Source of the DNA: an uncultured Gemmatimonadales bacterium
Lineage (GTDB): Bacteria > Gemmatimonadota > Gemmatimonadetes > Gemmatimonadales > Gemmatimonadaceae
NCBI GenBank assembly: GCA_963793305.1
Contig: CAWBZV010000003.1
Span: 64,001 to 128,000, forward strand
Direction of reading: 5' to 3'
Length of the DNA: 64,000 nucleotides
The translations under genes and the position numbers were made by a program. The notes below the pieces were generated by a model that saw only the letters and a list, made by a program, of their open reading frames with translations, searched no databases and was not told where the DNA came from. Position 1 is the first letter of the stretch. Every line of letters starts with the position of its first letter. This document shows, in pieces, positions 21,501 through 30,634 of the stretch.

Positions 21501-21789
21501 TATCAACGCGCGGATCGCGAAAGACTTCCACGTCGCCGGCCAATCGTTCGAGCTCTCGTGGGACATCTTCAACCTGCCGAACCTGCTCGATCGCGGTTGG
21601 GGCCTGTACAAGCAGGTCACGCCGTTCGAAGACGCCGACATTTTATACACACAGGGCTTCGACACACAGAATCACCGATTCGCGTATCAGTACACGCCGA
21701 CGCCGAAACAAGTCGTCACCGATTTCGGGACCGGCGTGTTCGAGCCTTCGGTGTGGCGCATGCAGGTTGGCGTGCACTACGCGTTCTAG
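18547..21789 (+). CDS. TonB-dependent receptor (Oar-like) with N-terminal carboxypeptidase-regulatory-like domain
   Basis: Signal peptide, NNILIDG..NNDLFG, GGLVNVVTRSGTNEFHGS, YVQDQW, FSPRIGFNYD, C-terminal YAF. Confidence 0.93.
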   Translation: MQVRIISRAGATLLAFALSLAVSVTARAQGVYTAAVQGTVLNAQKQPLPNVTVLLTNPATGERWGSVTGTTGRYAIENVPVGGPYHLIARTVGYTPEQLNGIFLVLGQRFVGDFTLTASPVELQTVQVTVPKSELDDATRTGASYTISDSLVHSTPSVDRDFQALLEMAPEVSFSQGSLSIAGENNRFNNILIDGSVNNDLFGLADNGLPGGQISARAIPLEAVDQLQLQIAPYNVRLGGFTGGLVNVVTRSGTNEFHGSLLEYFRNQSLVGENIFGQHIPPFANHDFGGSFSGPIVKDVAHFFVAFETRYSQSPTSPTLGSNDTQNIDQIGYSMAAAQQIAQKISSYGVNPGTLSGQTLNNPNPIIFGKVDFQLAPGNTMTISENYASGYNDFIDRNYITSGNYDFSSDGYKIKNWNSTTRFNYDATFGGIFSNSLIISGMLIRDNRPPNSNSPQISVRYTTPSGPDSGSSGNYVLGAEEYSQDNNLNQNIVELTDNLTMALGDHHLTIGTHNEFYQFQNNFFPQAFGQWTFSSVQNFLAGNASEYQIALPLRPGGPYANWTANQLGGYVQDQWAPSDRLTLMGGVRVDVPLIPTAPKQNPTLLSQSGINTASFPNGNAQFSPRIGFNYDLLGDRSTIIRGGTGLFQGRPAFVWLSDAYSNTGVDQTLLTCRGNVVPTFTPVASQQPQTCSGGPGSSPPVPTINTFNSNVQFPQIWRSSLGIDRRLGDGFIAKLDGQYSLTEHQIYLIDQNIKVQGYLAGEGNRPIYGSEPTDPFQYYISPTHLNPNFGPIISGINRSGDYGYSITPQIGKTFGRWLLGSYGEIHASYTYAQSFDRMSLSSSIATSNYQYSELSGNATIFNRPLTPSEWSTPNQIKVSAMNVFPLGIKGSMFYVGRSGTPYSYAVSGDVSGLGVSSGGTTNMIYVPKTINDITLTDANGNVLAAPAKQQVWNQLNSYINSVSCLASARGTIMGRNACRNPWQDIINARIAKDFHVAGQSFELSWDIFNLPNLLDRGWGLYKQVTPFEDADILYTQGFDTQNHRFAYQYTPTPKQVVTDFGTGVFEPSVWRMQVGVHYAF

Positions 21790-21821
21790 CTGACGGACCT
21801 CCATCCCGCGTAGCTTGCGGG

Positions 21822-22325
21822 ATGGAGGTCACCTTTCGCCGCTTAGCGCCAGCCGACGCGGCTGTGTACCGGGCCCTCCGCTTGGAGGGACTCCGCCTCG
21901 CGTCCCGCGCATTTCAAAGCACGATCGAAGAGGAATCGGCCCTCACGCTCGACGGATACTCGACTCGCCTGGCGACGCCGGACAACGCCACGATCGGCGC
22001 GTTCAGTAACGACACTTTGGTTGGCATCGGCACCATCCTGCGCGAGACCCGGACGACGGTTCGCCATCGGGGAGAGATCGTCGGCATGTATGTCACGCCA
22101 TTGGCGCGGGGCGCTGGAGTGGCCGATGGCATCATGGAGCGACTCATCGCCCACGCGCGGACCCTGGGACTGCGCTGGGTCGGACTGGAGTTGGCGGCGG
22201 AGAACGCGCCGGCGCGTAGCCTGTATGAGCGATTCAAGTTTCGCGAGTACGGGCACAAGCCACGCGCCCAACTGCATGATGGCGCGTGGCTCGAGACCAC
22301 CCTCATGGTCCTACTTCTGGACTAG
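21822..22325 (+). CDS. GNAT family N-acetyltransferase
   Basis: YRALRLEGL, MYVTPLARGAGVA, ENAPARSLYERFKF. Confidence 0.9.
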   Translation: MEVTFRRLAPADAAVYRALRLEGLRLASRAFQSTIEEESALTLDGYSTRLATPDNATIGAFSNDTLVGIGTILRETRTTVRHRGEIVGMYVTPLARGAGVADGIMERLIAHARTLGLRWVGLELAAENAPARSLYERFKFREYGHKPRAQLHDGAWLETTLMVLLLD

Positions 22326-23846
22326 CGCCTCGTCCTTCATGACGCCGAGCATCGGCGGCAGATCAATGCCCGCCACGTCCTTCAGCACCTGCATGATCGG
22401 CGGGACCGCGTGCGCGATGTTCTGGACAAACCCCGCCGCGCCTCCATTGGGATGTCCATTATCCCACACCACAACCTTGTCGAACTTGATGTTCTGCACT
22501 GCCCGAGCCGCGCTATCGGCGAGCATCGGAATTTGCTCGACCATCAATAACTGGAATGCGGCGCGCGCGTCGCCACCCGCGGCAGCAACCACACGGGCGA
22601 AACCGTCCGCCTTCTTACTCATGATCTCGAACTGACCACGCGCCTCGGCCTCGAGCTTCGCGTAGATCGCCGCCGCTTCGGCATTCGCCTCGATCCGACG
22701 ACGTTCGGCGGCCGCCTCCGCTTCGACGATCGTCCGCGCCTTCTCCGCCTTCGCGGGCGCCTCCAATTTCGCCCGCTGCTCGGCTTCTACCCGCTCGGCC
22801 TCGGCCAACGCGGCCTTGGCCATCGCCCGGTTCTGCGCCTCGGCAACGGCCGCGTCGGCCTCCCGCTTGCTGGTCTCGCCGATCCGAAACGACTCGGCGG
22901 TCCTGACCTGCAACTCCGCCTGCGCGGCAACCACCAGGGCCCGCGACTGCGCCTCGCCAGCGACGGCTTTCGCATCCGCCTCGGCGACCGCGACGCGTTT
23001 TTTAAAATCGGCGTCTTTGACCTGGGCCTCCCGCTGGAACGCGGCGGTCTGCTCGGCCACCTGTTGCTCCTTGTCCATCTCGGCCATGCGCACGGCCTGG
23101 TCGCGCTGCATCTCGCGGAGACCGAGCTGCCGCTGCTTGTCCGCCTCGGCGACCTGCACGGTCTTGTCGCGGAACGCGCTCGCCACCCGCACCTCGCCGA
23201 GCTTCTCCTGCTCGGCGACGTTGCCGCGCGCCTGCTGAATGGCTTGTTGCGTGGCTTGCTTGCTGAGCGCCTCCAAGTACCCCGCCGAATCCTTGAGATC
23301 CGTGATGTTCACGTTGATGACCACGAGCCCGAGCTTCTTGAGCTCTGGCTCCAGCTGATGCTGGATGCGATGCAGGAATGAATCACGGTCACGCGCCACC
23401 TCGTCGATCTTCATGCCGGCGATCACCTGCCGCATCTGCCCGACGATGATGTCGTGCGCCGTCTCCTGGATGTCCTTGGACGAAAGACCGAGGAGCCGCA
23501 TCGCCGCGTTCTGGCGAATCTCGCTATCCGTACCCACCGCGACCGTGAACACGCTCGGCACGCTGAGCCGGATATTCTCGAGCGACAGCGCGTCGGTCAG
23601 CGGCACATCGATGCGGATCGGCTCCAGGGTGAGATACGCATACTCCTGGATCACTGGCCACACGAAGGTCCCGCCGCCCGAGATGCACTTGGCGACGCTG
23701 CCCTCGCCGACGTTGCCGGACACGACCAGGATCATGTTCGACGGACAGCGCTTGTAGCGTCCGACGAACATCGACACGAGGCCGAAGAAGACGACCGCGG
23801 CCAGGCCAGCCGCAACCAGCTCGAACACGATCGGAGAGTTGATCAT
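22311..23846 (-). CDS. flotillin (SPFH) family protein
   Basis: RYKRCPSNMILVV, GGTFVWPVIQ, GLVVINVNITD, AEA-rich coiled coil, IKFDKVVVWD. Confidence 0.92.
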   Translation of the reverse strand: MINSPIVFELVAAGLAAVVFFGLVSMFVGRYKRCPSNMILVVSGNVGEGSVAKCISGGGTFVWPVIQEYAYLTLEPIRIDVPLTDALSLENIRLSVPSVFTVAVGTDSEIRQNAAMRLLGLSSKDIQETAHDIIVGQMRQVIAGMKIDEVARDRDSFLHRIQHQLEPELKKLGLVVINVNITDLKDSAGYLEALSKQATQQAIQQARGNVAEQEKLGEVRVASAFRDKTVQVAEADKQRQLGLREMQRDQAVRMAEMDKEQQVAEQTAAFQREAQVKDADFKKRVAVAEADAKAVAGEAQSRALVVAAQAELQVRTAESFRIGETSKREADAAVAEAQNRAMAKAALAEAERVEAEQRAKLEAPAKAEKARTIVEAEAAAERRRIEANAEAAAIYAKLEAEARGQFEIMSKKADGFARVVAAAGGDARAAFQLLMVEQIPMLADSAARAVQNIKFDKVVVWDNGHPNGGAAGFVQNIAHAVPPIMQVLKDVAGIDLPPMLGVMKDEALVQK

Positions 23847-23850
23847 ACAA

Positions 23851-24450
23851 TCATTTTCCCTGAAGAAGAGGTTCATCCACCGCGCACACCACGAGTGCGT
23901 CGGTGCCGTCGATATCCGTGACCAGCACCGGCACGCCCGACGCGAGCGCCTCGCCGTTCGTCGTCGCCTCGTACTCCACGAGGCGATCCCGCACGGTCAC
24001 GTGCACCTTGCCGCGTCCCGCCTGACGGGCCGGGATCGACACGTACACCTGACCGAGCGCGCCAATGGCGGCGTCGATTGGCAACGAGCCGTCACTTTCG
24101 AACGCGGTCATCGACCGCAGCAGTGCCGCGACTCCGCTGGCCGCCGCTACGCCCGCGACCGCGCCAACCGCGACGGCGCTCCACAATGGCGCGCCGCTCG
24201 ACAGGACAGCGGCTCCGCCCAGGCCAAAGAACGCGAAGGCGGCCGCAATCGATTGGAGGTTTGTGAGGTAGCTGCCCCAGCGCGTCCGCGCCATCTTGGC
24301 GCCGTGGCGTCCACCGGCACGTCCACCATGATGATGGCTGACGTGATGACCACCGTGATGGCGATGGTGAACGCCGAGGACGCCGAGCAGGAACTGCAGG
24401 ACGAGAAACGCGCCGCCGGCCGCCGCACAACACAGGAATACCCGCATCAC
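23851..24450 (-). CDS. NfeD-like membrane protein
   Basis: TM segments plus OB-fold GQVYVSIP...GKVHV..EYEA; directly upstream of flotillin. Confidence 0.8.
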   Translation of the reverse strand: MMRVFLCCAAAGGAFLVLQFLLGVLGVHHRHHGGHHVSHHHGGRAGGRHGAKMARTRWGSYLTNLQSIAAAFAFFGLGGAAVLSSGAPLWSAVAVGAVAGVAAASGVAALLRSMTAFESDGSLPIDAAIGALGQVYVSIPARQAGRGKVHVTVRDRLVEYEATTNGEALASGVPVLVTDIDGTDALVVCAVDEPLLQGK

Positions 24451-24560
24451 ACGACGTACACCCGATAAAAGGGACGACGAATACTACGTGTCTGCGAGGT
24501 CGAAAGTGACGCCGTGCGCTATCTAGCGAGTGCGCACGGCGATGCGCCCGTTACACGGTG

Positions 24561-25127
24561 TTACTTACTCCAGGGCGGAGTGATTCCGTTCATGCGTGCA
24601 TAAGCGATGAGCTGCCCGAGATGCTCGTGGAGATCACCGGCCATGCCGTACGACGCCTCGATGATCGTGCCGGTGAGCTGTCCGTCGTAGAGCTTTCTCG
24701 TTCCCACGAGCGCATTCGGATCGAGTCCGTCGATGCTCGACCGCGTATACGCGAATCCGTCTTTCAGCGCCTTGAGCACGTCGGCCTTCGTCGACTTCGC
24801 TTCGTACTGCTTCATCACGGCGTCACTCGTGCCGCTGATGACCGGCGACGCCTTCGCGCCGAACGAGATGGGCGCCCAGATGTAGAACTCACTCGATACA
24901 TGCATGAACACCTCGCCGATGGATCGCACACCCGGCGCGGGGCGCCACGAGTACTTCTCGGCGGGGATGGCGTTGGCGAGCGCCGTGAATTTCGAGTGGA
25001 GGGTGTCGAGGTCGTTCATGAACTGCTTGCGGATCTCAATGGCATCCGCACGATTCGGCACGTCCTGCGCTCGGACTACTCCCGACATCGCGGCGACCGC
25101 GACGATGACAGCAAATGAGGTTCGCAT
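24561..25127 (-). CDS. secreted DinB family protein
   Basis: WRPAPGVRSIGEVFMH, HEHLGQLIAYARMNGITPPWS. Confidence 0.88.
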   Translation of the reverse strand: MRTSFAVIVAVAAMSGVVRAQDVPNRADAIEIRKQFMNDLDTLHSKFTALANAIPAEKYSWRPAPGVRSIGEVFMHVSSEFYIWAPISFGAKASPVISGTSDAVMKQYEAKSTKADVLKALKDGFAYTRSSIDGLDPNALVGTRKLYDGQLTGTIIEASYGMAGDLHEHLGQLIAYARMNGITPPWSK

Positions 25128-25225
25128 GGTCCATAGTATCGTCACGGAGACGGGACCCGGGAAGTGGCAAAAAGTTTGCTGACGGCCACCTGACATTGCG
25201 ACCTGGCGCGACTAGCTTGCCCCGC

Positions 25226-25813
25226 ATGCGACGACTGGCATTGTGCATGGCGATGTTCTGGACCGCGACGACGGCAGCGGCGCAGATGCCCACGCCGGTC
25301 GCCCCGCAAAAGCCGAGCAGCGCGAAACCGATTACGGTCACCAGCACGACGTTCAAGGCGAGTGGCTCGCTGCCGATGCAGGCGGTGTTCAATAGGTTCG
25401 GTTGCACGGGCGGCAACGCATCGCCCCAACTCGCGTGGAGCGGATTCCCAGCCGAGACCAAGAGCTTCGCGGTCACGCTTTGGGATCCGGATGCGCCGAC
25501 GGGAATCGGTTACGTGCACTGGCTCGTGTTCAACATCCCGGTCAACGTCACGAGCCTCGCCGAGAACGCGGGCGCGGCCGCGACGCCCGGTGGCGGTGTC
25601 ACCGGGTACTCCGATTTCGGCATGCACGCGTACGGTGGGCCGTGCCCACCGCCGGGCGACAAGCCGCATTGCTACCTCTTCACCGTCTCAGCCCTGGATG
25701 TGCCGGCGTTGAACGGCGCCGGTCCGGGGACGACGCTCGCCACCTTGACGTTCCTGATGCGTGGGCACGTGCTCGCGCAAGGACAGATCGAGGGTCGATT
25801 CGGCCGTCCCTAA
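25226..25813 (+). CDS. YbhB/YbcL (PEBP) family protein
   Basis: SPQLAW, DPDAP, HWLVFNIP, YGGPCPPPG. Confidence 0.92.
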   Translation: MRRLALCMAMFWTATTAAAQMPTPVAPQKPSSAKPITVTSTTFKASGSLPMQAVFNRFGCTGGNASPQLAWSGFPAETKSFAVTLWDPDAPTGIGYVHWLVFNIPVNVTSLAENAGAAATPGGGVTGYSDFGMHAYGGPCPPPGDKPHCYLFTVSALDVPALNGAGPGTTLATLTFLMRGHVLAQGQIEGRFGRP

Positions 25814-25869
25814 CGTGTTGTGCGTTCGATCGTCTCATATCGTCGTCACTCACAACCAGGAGACACCGC

Positions 25870-26142
25870 ATGATCCGGACAGCCTTCGCCGCGTTGGCAT
25901 TCATGGGCTTCGTCGGCACGCGCAGCGCCCCGGCGCCCGCGCCAGTCGTAACCCTCGCGCCGGTCGTCGTCACGGCGAACGAGCCGCACCCCGAGATCTG
26001 GGCCGCCATCCATTCGCTCGAGCATGCGAAGGAGCATCTGCAGCATGCGGCGCATGACTTCGGTGGCCATCGCGTCGAAGCTATCGGTGCGATCGACGCC
26101 GCCCTCGCGCAACTGCATACTTGCCTGGACTACGACAAGTAA
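25870..26142 (+). CDS. small secreted His-rich helical protein
   Basis: AGGAG RBS; signal peptide; HPEIWAAIHSLEHAKEHLQHAAHDFGGHRVEAI. Confidence 0.75.
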   Translation: MIRTAFAALAFMGFVGTRSAPAPAPVVTLAPVVVTANEPHPEIWAAIHSLEHAKEHLQHAAHDFGGHRVEAIGAIDAALAQLHTCLDYDK

Positions 26143-26158
26143 ACATACGTTCGTCACA

Positions 26159-26206
26159 CAGCCGGCCGGAGTCGTCACGCAATGACCCCGGCCGGCTGTT
26201 TCTTTT
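26159..26206 (+). terminator. rho-independent terminator
   Basis: CAGCCGGCCGG...CCGGCCGGCTG followed by TTTCTTTT. Confidence 0.7.
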
Positions 26207-26288
26207 GATGGCCACTTAACGCCCGCGAAGTGGGCTTCGTCTCCCTGGCGATTCGACATACCCGAATTCCACCAGGGAGGCGAAACCA

Positions 26289-27167
26289 ATGTCGCACTTA
26301 AAGTTCACAACCACGATAGGGGCCGCGATCATGGTCGCCGCCCTCGCGGCCTGCTCAGGCAGCGCCACGTCCCCGAACAGCACGCCGGCCGTATCCGACA
26401 GCCAAGTCTCGAACGACGTGGCCAATGTGTCGGCCCCGGATGTGGCGGGCGACGCCGCGGACTTCAGCACCGAAGGCCAAGGCGGCACGAACTTCGGCAT
26501 GATCGCCGGCTCGCCGAGCTCGCGCGCGGGCGGCATGTCCGCGTCGGTCGGACCGTGCGGTCCGAGCACGACGGTCATGATCAACTACTACTTCGGCCGC
26601 AACCTGCAGGACACGATCAGCTTCAATCGCACGCGCGAGTGGTTCGCCAATGGCGCGTGCGCCACGTCATGGAGCCCCGAAGTCGACTCCGTCGAGTACG
26701 TCGGCACGTGGGATGAGGATCTGGCTGATGTCAGCGGCAACTGGACACAGCACGCCGACCGCGTTCGCAACTCGTCCGTCATGGGCAACCCGACGCTCGA
26801 CTCGGCCACCGCGCACGTCTGGAACGCGAACGCGCTCGTGCACGATACGATCAACTTCGTCGGCGCGGTGAACACCCGGAACTACGCCGGTGTCGCGTAT
26901 GACACGGCGTCATCGGTCACGTTCAATCACCCGCGCAGCGGCGAGCTCTATCCGATGAGCGGCACCTGGACGCGCTGGGCGACGTGGAACGTGACGGTCA
27001 CCGGCGCGGTCACCAAGAACGAGACGGTGCAACGCCACGTCCTCGTGACCTTCAACGGTACGGAGTTCGTGCCGCTCAACGTGTACAACGTCGAGACCGG
27101 CCAGATCGCGCTGACGTGTCAGGTCGACCTGTTGACGCACCGCATTGTGCCCGGCAGCTGCAACTGA
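26289..27167 (+). CDS. hypothetical lipoprotein
   Basis: GGGAGG RBS; lipobox LAAC; beta-rich mature part. Confidence 0.75.
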   Translation: MSHLKFTTTIGAAIMVAALAACSGSATSPNSTPAVSDSQVSNDVANVSAPDVAGDAADFSTEGQGGTNFGMIAGSPSSRAGGMSASVGPCGPSTTVMINYYFGRNLQDTISFNRTREWFANGACATSWSPEVDSVEYVGTWDEDLADVSGNWTQHADRVRNSSVMGNPTLDSATAHVWNANALVHDTINFVGAVNTRNYAGVAYDTASSVTFNHPRSGELYPMSGTWTRWATWNVTVTGAVTKNETVQRHVLVTFNGTEFVPLNVYNVETGQIALTCQVDLLTHRIVPGSCN

Positions 27168-28849
27168 AAAGCCCCAGGCTGAGCACACCGAGCCGTCGCG
27201 CGTCGAGCGCGACGGCTCGTGTGTTTGGTGGCCACTTGCGCCGCGGTCGCCTGCGTCAGATCGATGGCGAAGATAGTGTCGGCCGTAATACCGATAAGCG
27301 TCGTCCCGCTTGGATCGATCGCTAACTCATGCGCGGGGTGTGGTACCAGAGAGATCTCGACGGGTGACGTCGTTGGCCGCACGTAGTGCAGATATACCCC
27401 GGGCAGTGAGTCGGCGGACCCTTCGCCAACAAAGAAATCAATCCCATTCGGCGCGACGACAGCGCCGTATGCCTGGTCATACCCGCCGGCGAACACTGCA
27501 CTGATCGTCGAATCGATCAAGATGTGATTGATCTGATAGACGAGGGGCCCGGAGGCATTCGCACTGGTGAACGTGTTCACGCCCCCAGTCGGAACGCCGA
27601 GGTACCCGCCACTCTCGAAGCTGTGCGTCGTCGAGACGTACACTTGCGTCGGACAGTTGAGCAGCAACACGTGCGTATGGTCGCCGCTCCGTGTAGGACG
27701 ACCCAGACAGCCGGGACCACCCGACGGAAGTGCCTGCGTCGCTCCAGTCGCGAGATCGAGCTCCACCGCCACGGAATTGGCGAACGCCAGCGCTTTGTTG
27801 TCACCCGTCACGCGCATGGACCGCAAGGTGTCCGCGGTTCCGAACGGCATCGAGCTGATGACGGGGTGGGAAGGCGAAGTGAGACTGACGATGGCCGCGG
27901 TCGCGGGAGAGGCGAGGCCGACGATGAGCGAGTCGCCTCCGGGCGAGAGATCGACCGCGACCGGCGTGCCGTTGACAGCTATCGGCGCCTGGTACGACAG
28001 ACCATTGAGTGACAACACCGCGACGATCTGACTGTCGGGTTTGGCGAGATACATGAGACCGCGGAGCGAATCGAACGCGACATCGGTGATGCGCCCGCCG
28101 CGTGGGACGCTCTGCACGGGGTGCGTCGTCACCCGCGCCACGAGCACGCCGGGCTGACTCACCGTCACGACATTGCCATCGCTATCGGCCGCGAACACGC
28201 TGAGCGAGAGTGTATCGCCGGCGAGCAATGCGGCCACGGGGATCGGCAGGTTCACCGAACTCGCGATGCCCGACACTGGCACCGAGTCGCCAAGCGAGAC
28301 GGGTGCGTTGATACTCCACCCGACCCAGGCCAGCGCGTGATTGTCGGTGGCCGAGACGACGATCGTGTCGGTTGTCCCGGCGAGGAGCAGATTACGCGCG
28401 TCGAATCCAGCGACGCCGGCCGTGAGACCGCTCACCGTGAGCTGCGGCGCTTGCGTGTCTTTGATCGTCAGCGTGGTCGCGGCGCTCTGCCCGATCGTCG
28501 GCAGGTTGATCGCGACCGACAGCACGCCGTCGGGCGCGTCAGCGGGGACTTGGATGTCGCCGGCGATCGGTTGGCCGCTGCTATCTGGCGGAATGGTGAG
28601 TGTGTCGACGCCGCTGGCCTCACCGGAGAACGTGAAGATGAGCGGTATGCCGCCGGAGTACGCCGCGGGCGGAAGTGTGATGGTGAAGGCAGCGTCTTGT
28701 CCCTGCGCGACCTGGTTCGGGATGAACACGATCGCCAGAGTCAGCCCCCGCCGCGGTAACGAGCTCACGCCAGGGCCCAAACCTGGGGAGCTCGGGGGAG
28801 CTGTGCAGGCAACCGCCAGGAGCAGTAGCGTCGCCAGGCGTCGTCGCAT
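27119..28849 (-). CDS. hypothetical lipoprotein with Ig-like and beta-propeller (YncE-like) regions
   Basis: MRRRLATLLLLAVAC lipobox; DVAFD, VDLSPGGD, LAIDPSG repeats. Confidence 0.65.
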   Translation of the reverse strand: MRRRLATLLLLAVACTAPPSSPGLGPGVSSLPRRGLTLAIVFIPNQVAQGQDAAFTITLPPAAYSGGIPLIFTFSGEASGVDTLTIPPDSSGQPIAGDIQVPADAPDGVLSVAINLPTIGQSAATTLTIKDTQAPQLTVSGLTAGVAGFDARNLLLAGTTDTIVVSATDNHALAWVGWSINAPVSLGDSVPVSGIASSVNLPIPVAALLAGDTLSLSVFAADSDGNVVTVSQPGVLVARVTTHPVQSVPRGGRITDVAFDSLRGLMYLAKPDSQIVAVLSLNGLSYQAPIAVNGTPVAVDLSPGGDSLIVGLASPATAAIVSLTSPSHPVISSMPFGTADTLRSMRVTGDNKALAFANSVAVELDLATGATQALPSGGPGCLGRPTRSGDHTHVLLLNCPTQVYVSTTHSFESGGYLGVPTGGVNTFTSANASGPLVYQINHILIDSTISAVFAGGYDQAYGAVVAPNGIDFFVGEGSADSLPGVYLHYVRPTTSPVEISLVPHPAHELAIDPSGTTLIGITADTIFAIDLTQATAAQVATKHTSRRARRATARCAQPGAFQLQLPGTMRCVNRST

Positions 28850-28870
28850 TGAACGCCAATATAATGATGC

Positions 28871-29962
28871 TCATTCGAGGGTGAGCGACACCTCGCGCTC
28901 GAGACCGAGCGAGTATGTCGCTCCCGCTCGCGTAAACATTTCGCCGAGCCAGTCGATCGACTCTCCCCTGACCGGGCGTCCATCGATGGTCCGAATCACA
29001 TCCCCCGCCGCGATCCCGGCGCGGGCCGCCGGCGACCCCTCGGCGACGTCATCGACCACGACCGTCGCGAAGTCTGGACCCTCGGCGCGGAACGCGAGAC
29101 CGCTCCGGTCGATCGCGAACGGCGCGTCCATCGGTGTCACGGGCTCGATAATGACGTGCTGGTGCGGGTAATCCAGAATCAACCGTGTGCGGCTCAAGAC
29201 CGGCGCGCCGAGCGTGCCGTCGACCCAGGTTATCCCGAAGAAACCGCGCGCGTCCGATGGCATCGCAACGTACGGATGCGGCACGCGCACGTTGCCGAGC
29301 CGCAAGGCGTCGAGCGTCGCCACGCGTCCGTGGGCCGATCCGCCGACGCCGGTGCCGATCAACCGCTCGCGGGACGATCCACCGAGCGCGCGCGCGTATC
29401 GATCGACGAACGCCTTCGTGAGCACGGAGGCGTACGCGCCGGTGCCGAGGTCGAGGAGCAGCCGCGCGGGGATCGTCGTGCCGTTCGCGACGAATTCCGC
29501 CGGCAATACCGGGACGCGCTTGGAGAGATCCACGGGGATGCGCTCCCCATCACCCTGATAGACGAATGTCGCCGGGTCGTGCAGTCGCAGCACGCGTGAC
29601 GCGTAGTCGACCTCGACGACGTATCGCATGAAAAACCCATAGCCGACCGTGCCATGCACGACCTGTCCGTGCCTGGCGCTGACCTCGCGGAGCGACACGA
29701 GCGCGGCCGGTTCATCGCGAAGCTCGACCGAGTCGCCGAGCGTGAGCGAGCCGATGGTCGCGAGCGCGATGCTCATGTTGTCGGTGCCCACCGCCCGCGC
29801 GTCTTTCGCCGACGGCGTGAGGCCTATGGTGCTCGCCCACGTGGCGTCGAGCGCGCACATGCCGGAGCCGGTGTCGAGGACGAGCGAGGCGGGCGCGCCG
29901 TCTATCCGCGCGTCGAGGAAGACGTGATGCGATCGCAATCGGAAGGGAAGCGCTATTGACAT
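28871..29962 (-). CDS. retropepsin-like aspartyl protease with PDZ domain
   Basis: LVLDTGS and LLLDLGT motifs; GSPAARAGIAAGDVIRTIDG PDZ. Confidence 0.85.
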   Translation of the reverse strand: MSIALPFRLRSHHVFLDARIDGAPASLVLDTGSGMCALDATWASTIGLTPSAKDARAVGTDNMSIALATIGSLTLGDSVELRDEPAALVSLREVSARHGQVVHGTVGYGFFMRYVVEVDYASRVLRLHDPATFVYQGDGERIPVDLSKRVPVLPAEFVANGTTIPARLLLDLGTGAYASVLTKAFVDRYARALGGSSRERLIGTGVGGSAHGRVATLDALRLGNVRVPHPYVAMPSDARGFFGITWVDGTLGAPVLSRTRLILDYPHQHVIIEPVTPMDAPFAIDRSGLAFRAEGPDFATVVVDDVAEGSPAARAGIAAGDVIRTIDGRPVRGESIDWLGEMFTRAGATYSLGLEREVSLTLE

Positions 29963-29998
29963 AATGTGATCATACGCTCACATTTCAACTGTGTCAAT
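29955..29998. promoter_or_regulatory. overlapping divergent promoters and probable TetR operator
   Basis: Minus strand TTGACA-17-TATGAT; plus strand TTGACA-17-CACATT; inverted repeat AATGTGA-N8-TCACATT. Confidence 0.7.
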
Positions 29999-30623
29999 GG
30001 ACGAGCCGCTTCCCGCGCTGCAGCTGCGGAGTCAGGAAACGACCGAGCACCTTCTCGAAGCCGCCCAAGAGCTATTGCAAGAGGGAGGGGCCGACGCCGC
30101 GACGCTCCGCGCTATCGCCGAGCGAGCGGGCGTATCGCTCGGCATCGTCTACCGGCGATTCCCCGACAAGGACGCGATTCTGCGCGCGGTCTACACGCGT
30201 TTCTTCGAGCGCTTGGGCGCGACGAACGCCCGCTCCCTGTCGAGTGACCGGTTCCAGCGCGCATCGCTGGCCGAGGTGGCGCACACGCTCGTGACCGGGA
30301 TCGCCGAGGGGTATCGGCGGCACGCTCGACTCTTACGCGCGTTGCTCCTGTACGCGAGATCGCACCCGTCGAGCGAGTTTCGCGAGCGCGCCGCCGCGCA
30401 CAACGCGCGAACGTTCGCGGTGCTCCAGAGCATCTTCGACCGTCACCGCCCGGAGATCACCCATCCGCGGCCGGAGGTCGCGGTCCCGTTCGCGATCTCG
30501 TCGGCGGCGTCACTGCTGCAAGTGCGCCTGTTGTTCAACGACACCGCGCCGGAGCCCGTGCTGCCCTTCGCCGAGCTCGTCGCCGAAGCGACGCGACTCG
30601 TGGTATCCTATCTGACCGGCTAG
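29991..30623 (+). CDS. TetR/AcrR family regulator
   Basis: ATLRAIAERAGVSLGIVYRRFPDKDAIL HTH. Confidence 0.93.
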   Translation: MSMDEPLPALQLRSQETTEHLLEAAQELLQEGGADAATLRAIAERAGVSLGIVYRRFPDKDAILRAVYTRFFERLGATNARSLSSDRFQRASLAEVAHTLVTGIAEGYRRHARLLRALLLYARSHPSSEFRERAAAHNARTFAVLQSIFDRHRPEITHPRPEVAVPFAISSAASLLQVRLLFNDTAPEPVLPFAELVAEATRLVVSYLTG

Positions 30624-30634
30624 ATTGGCGTCCC

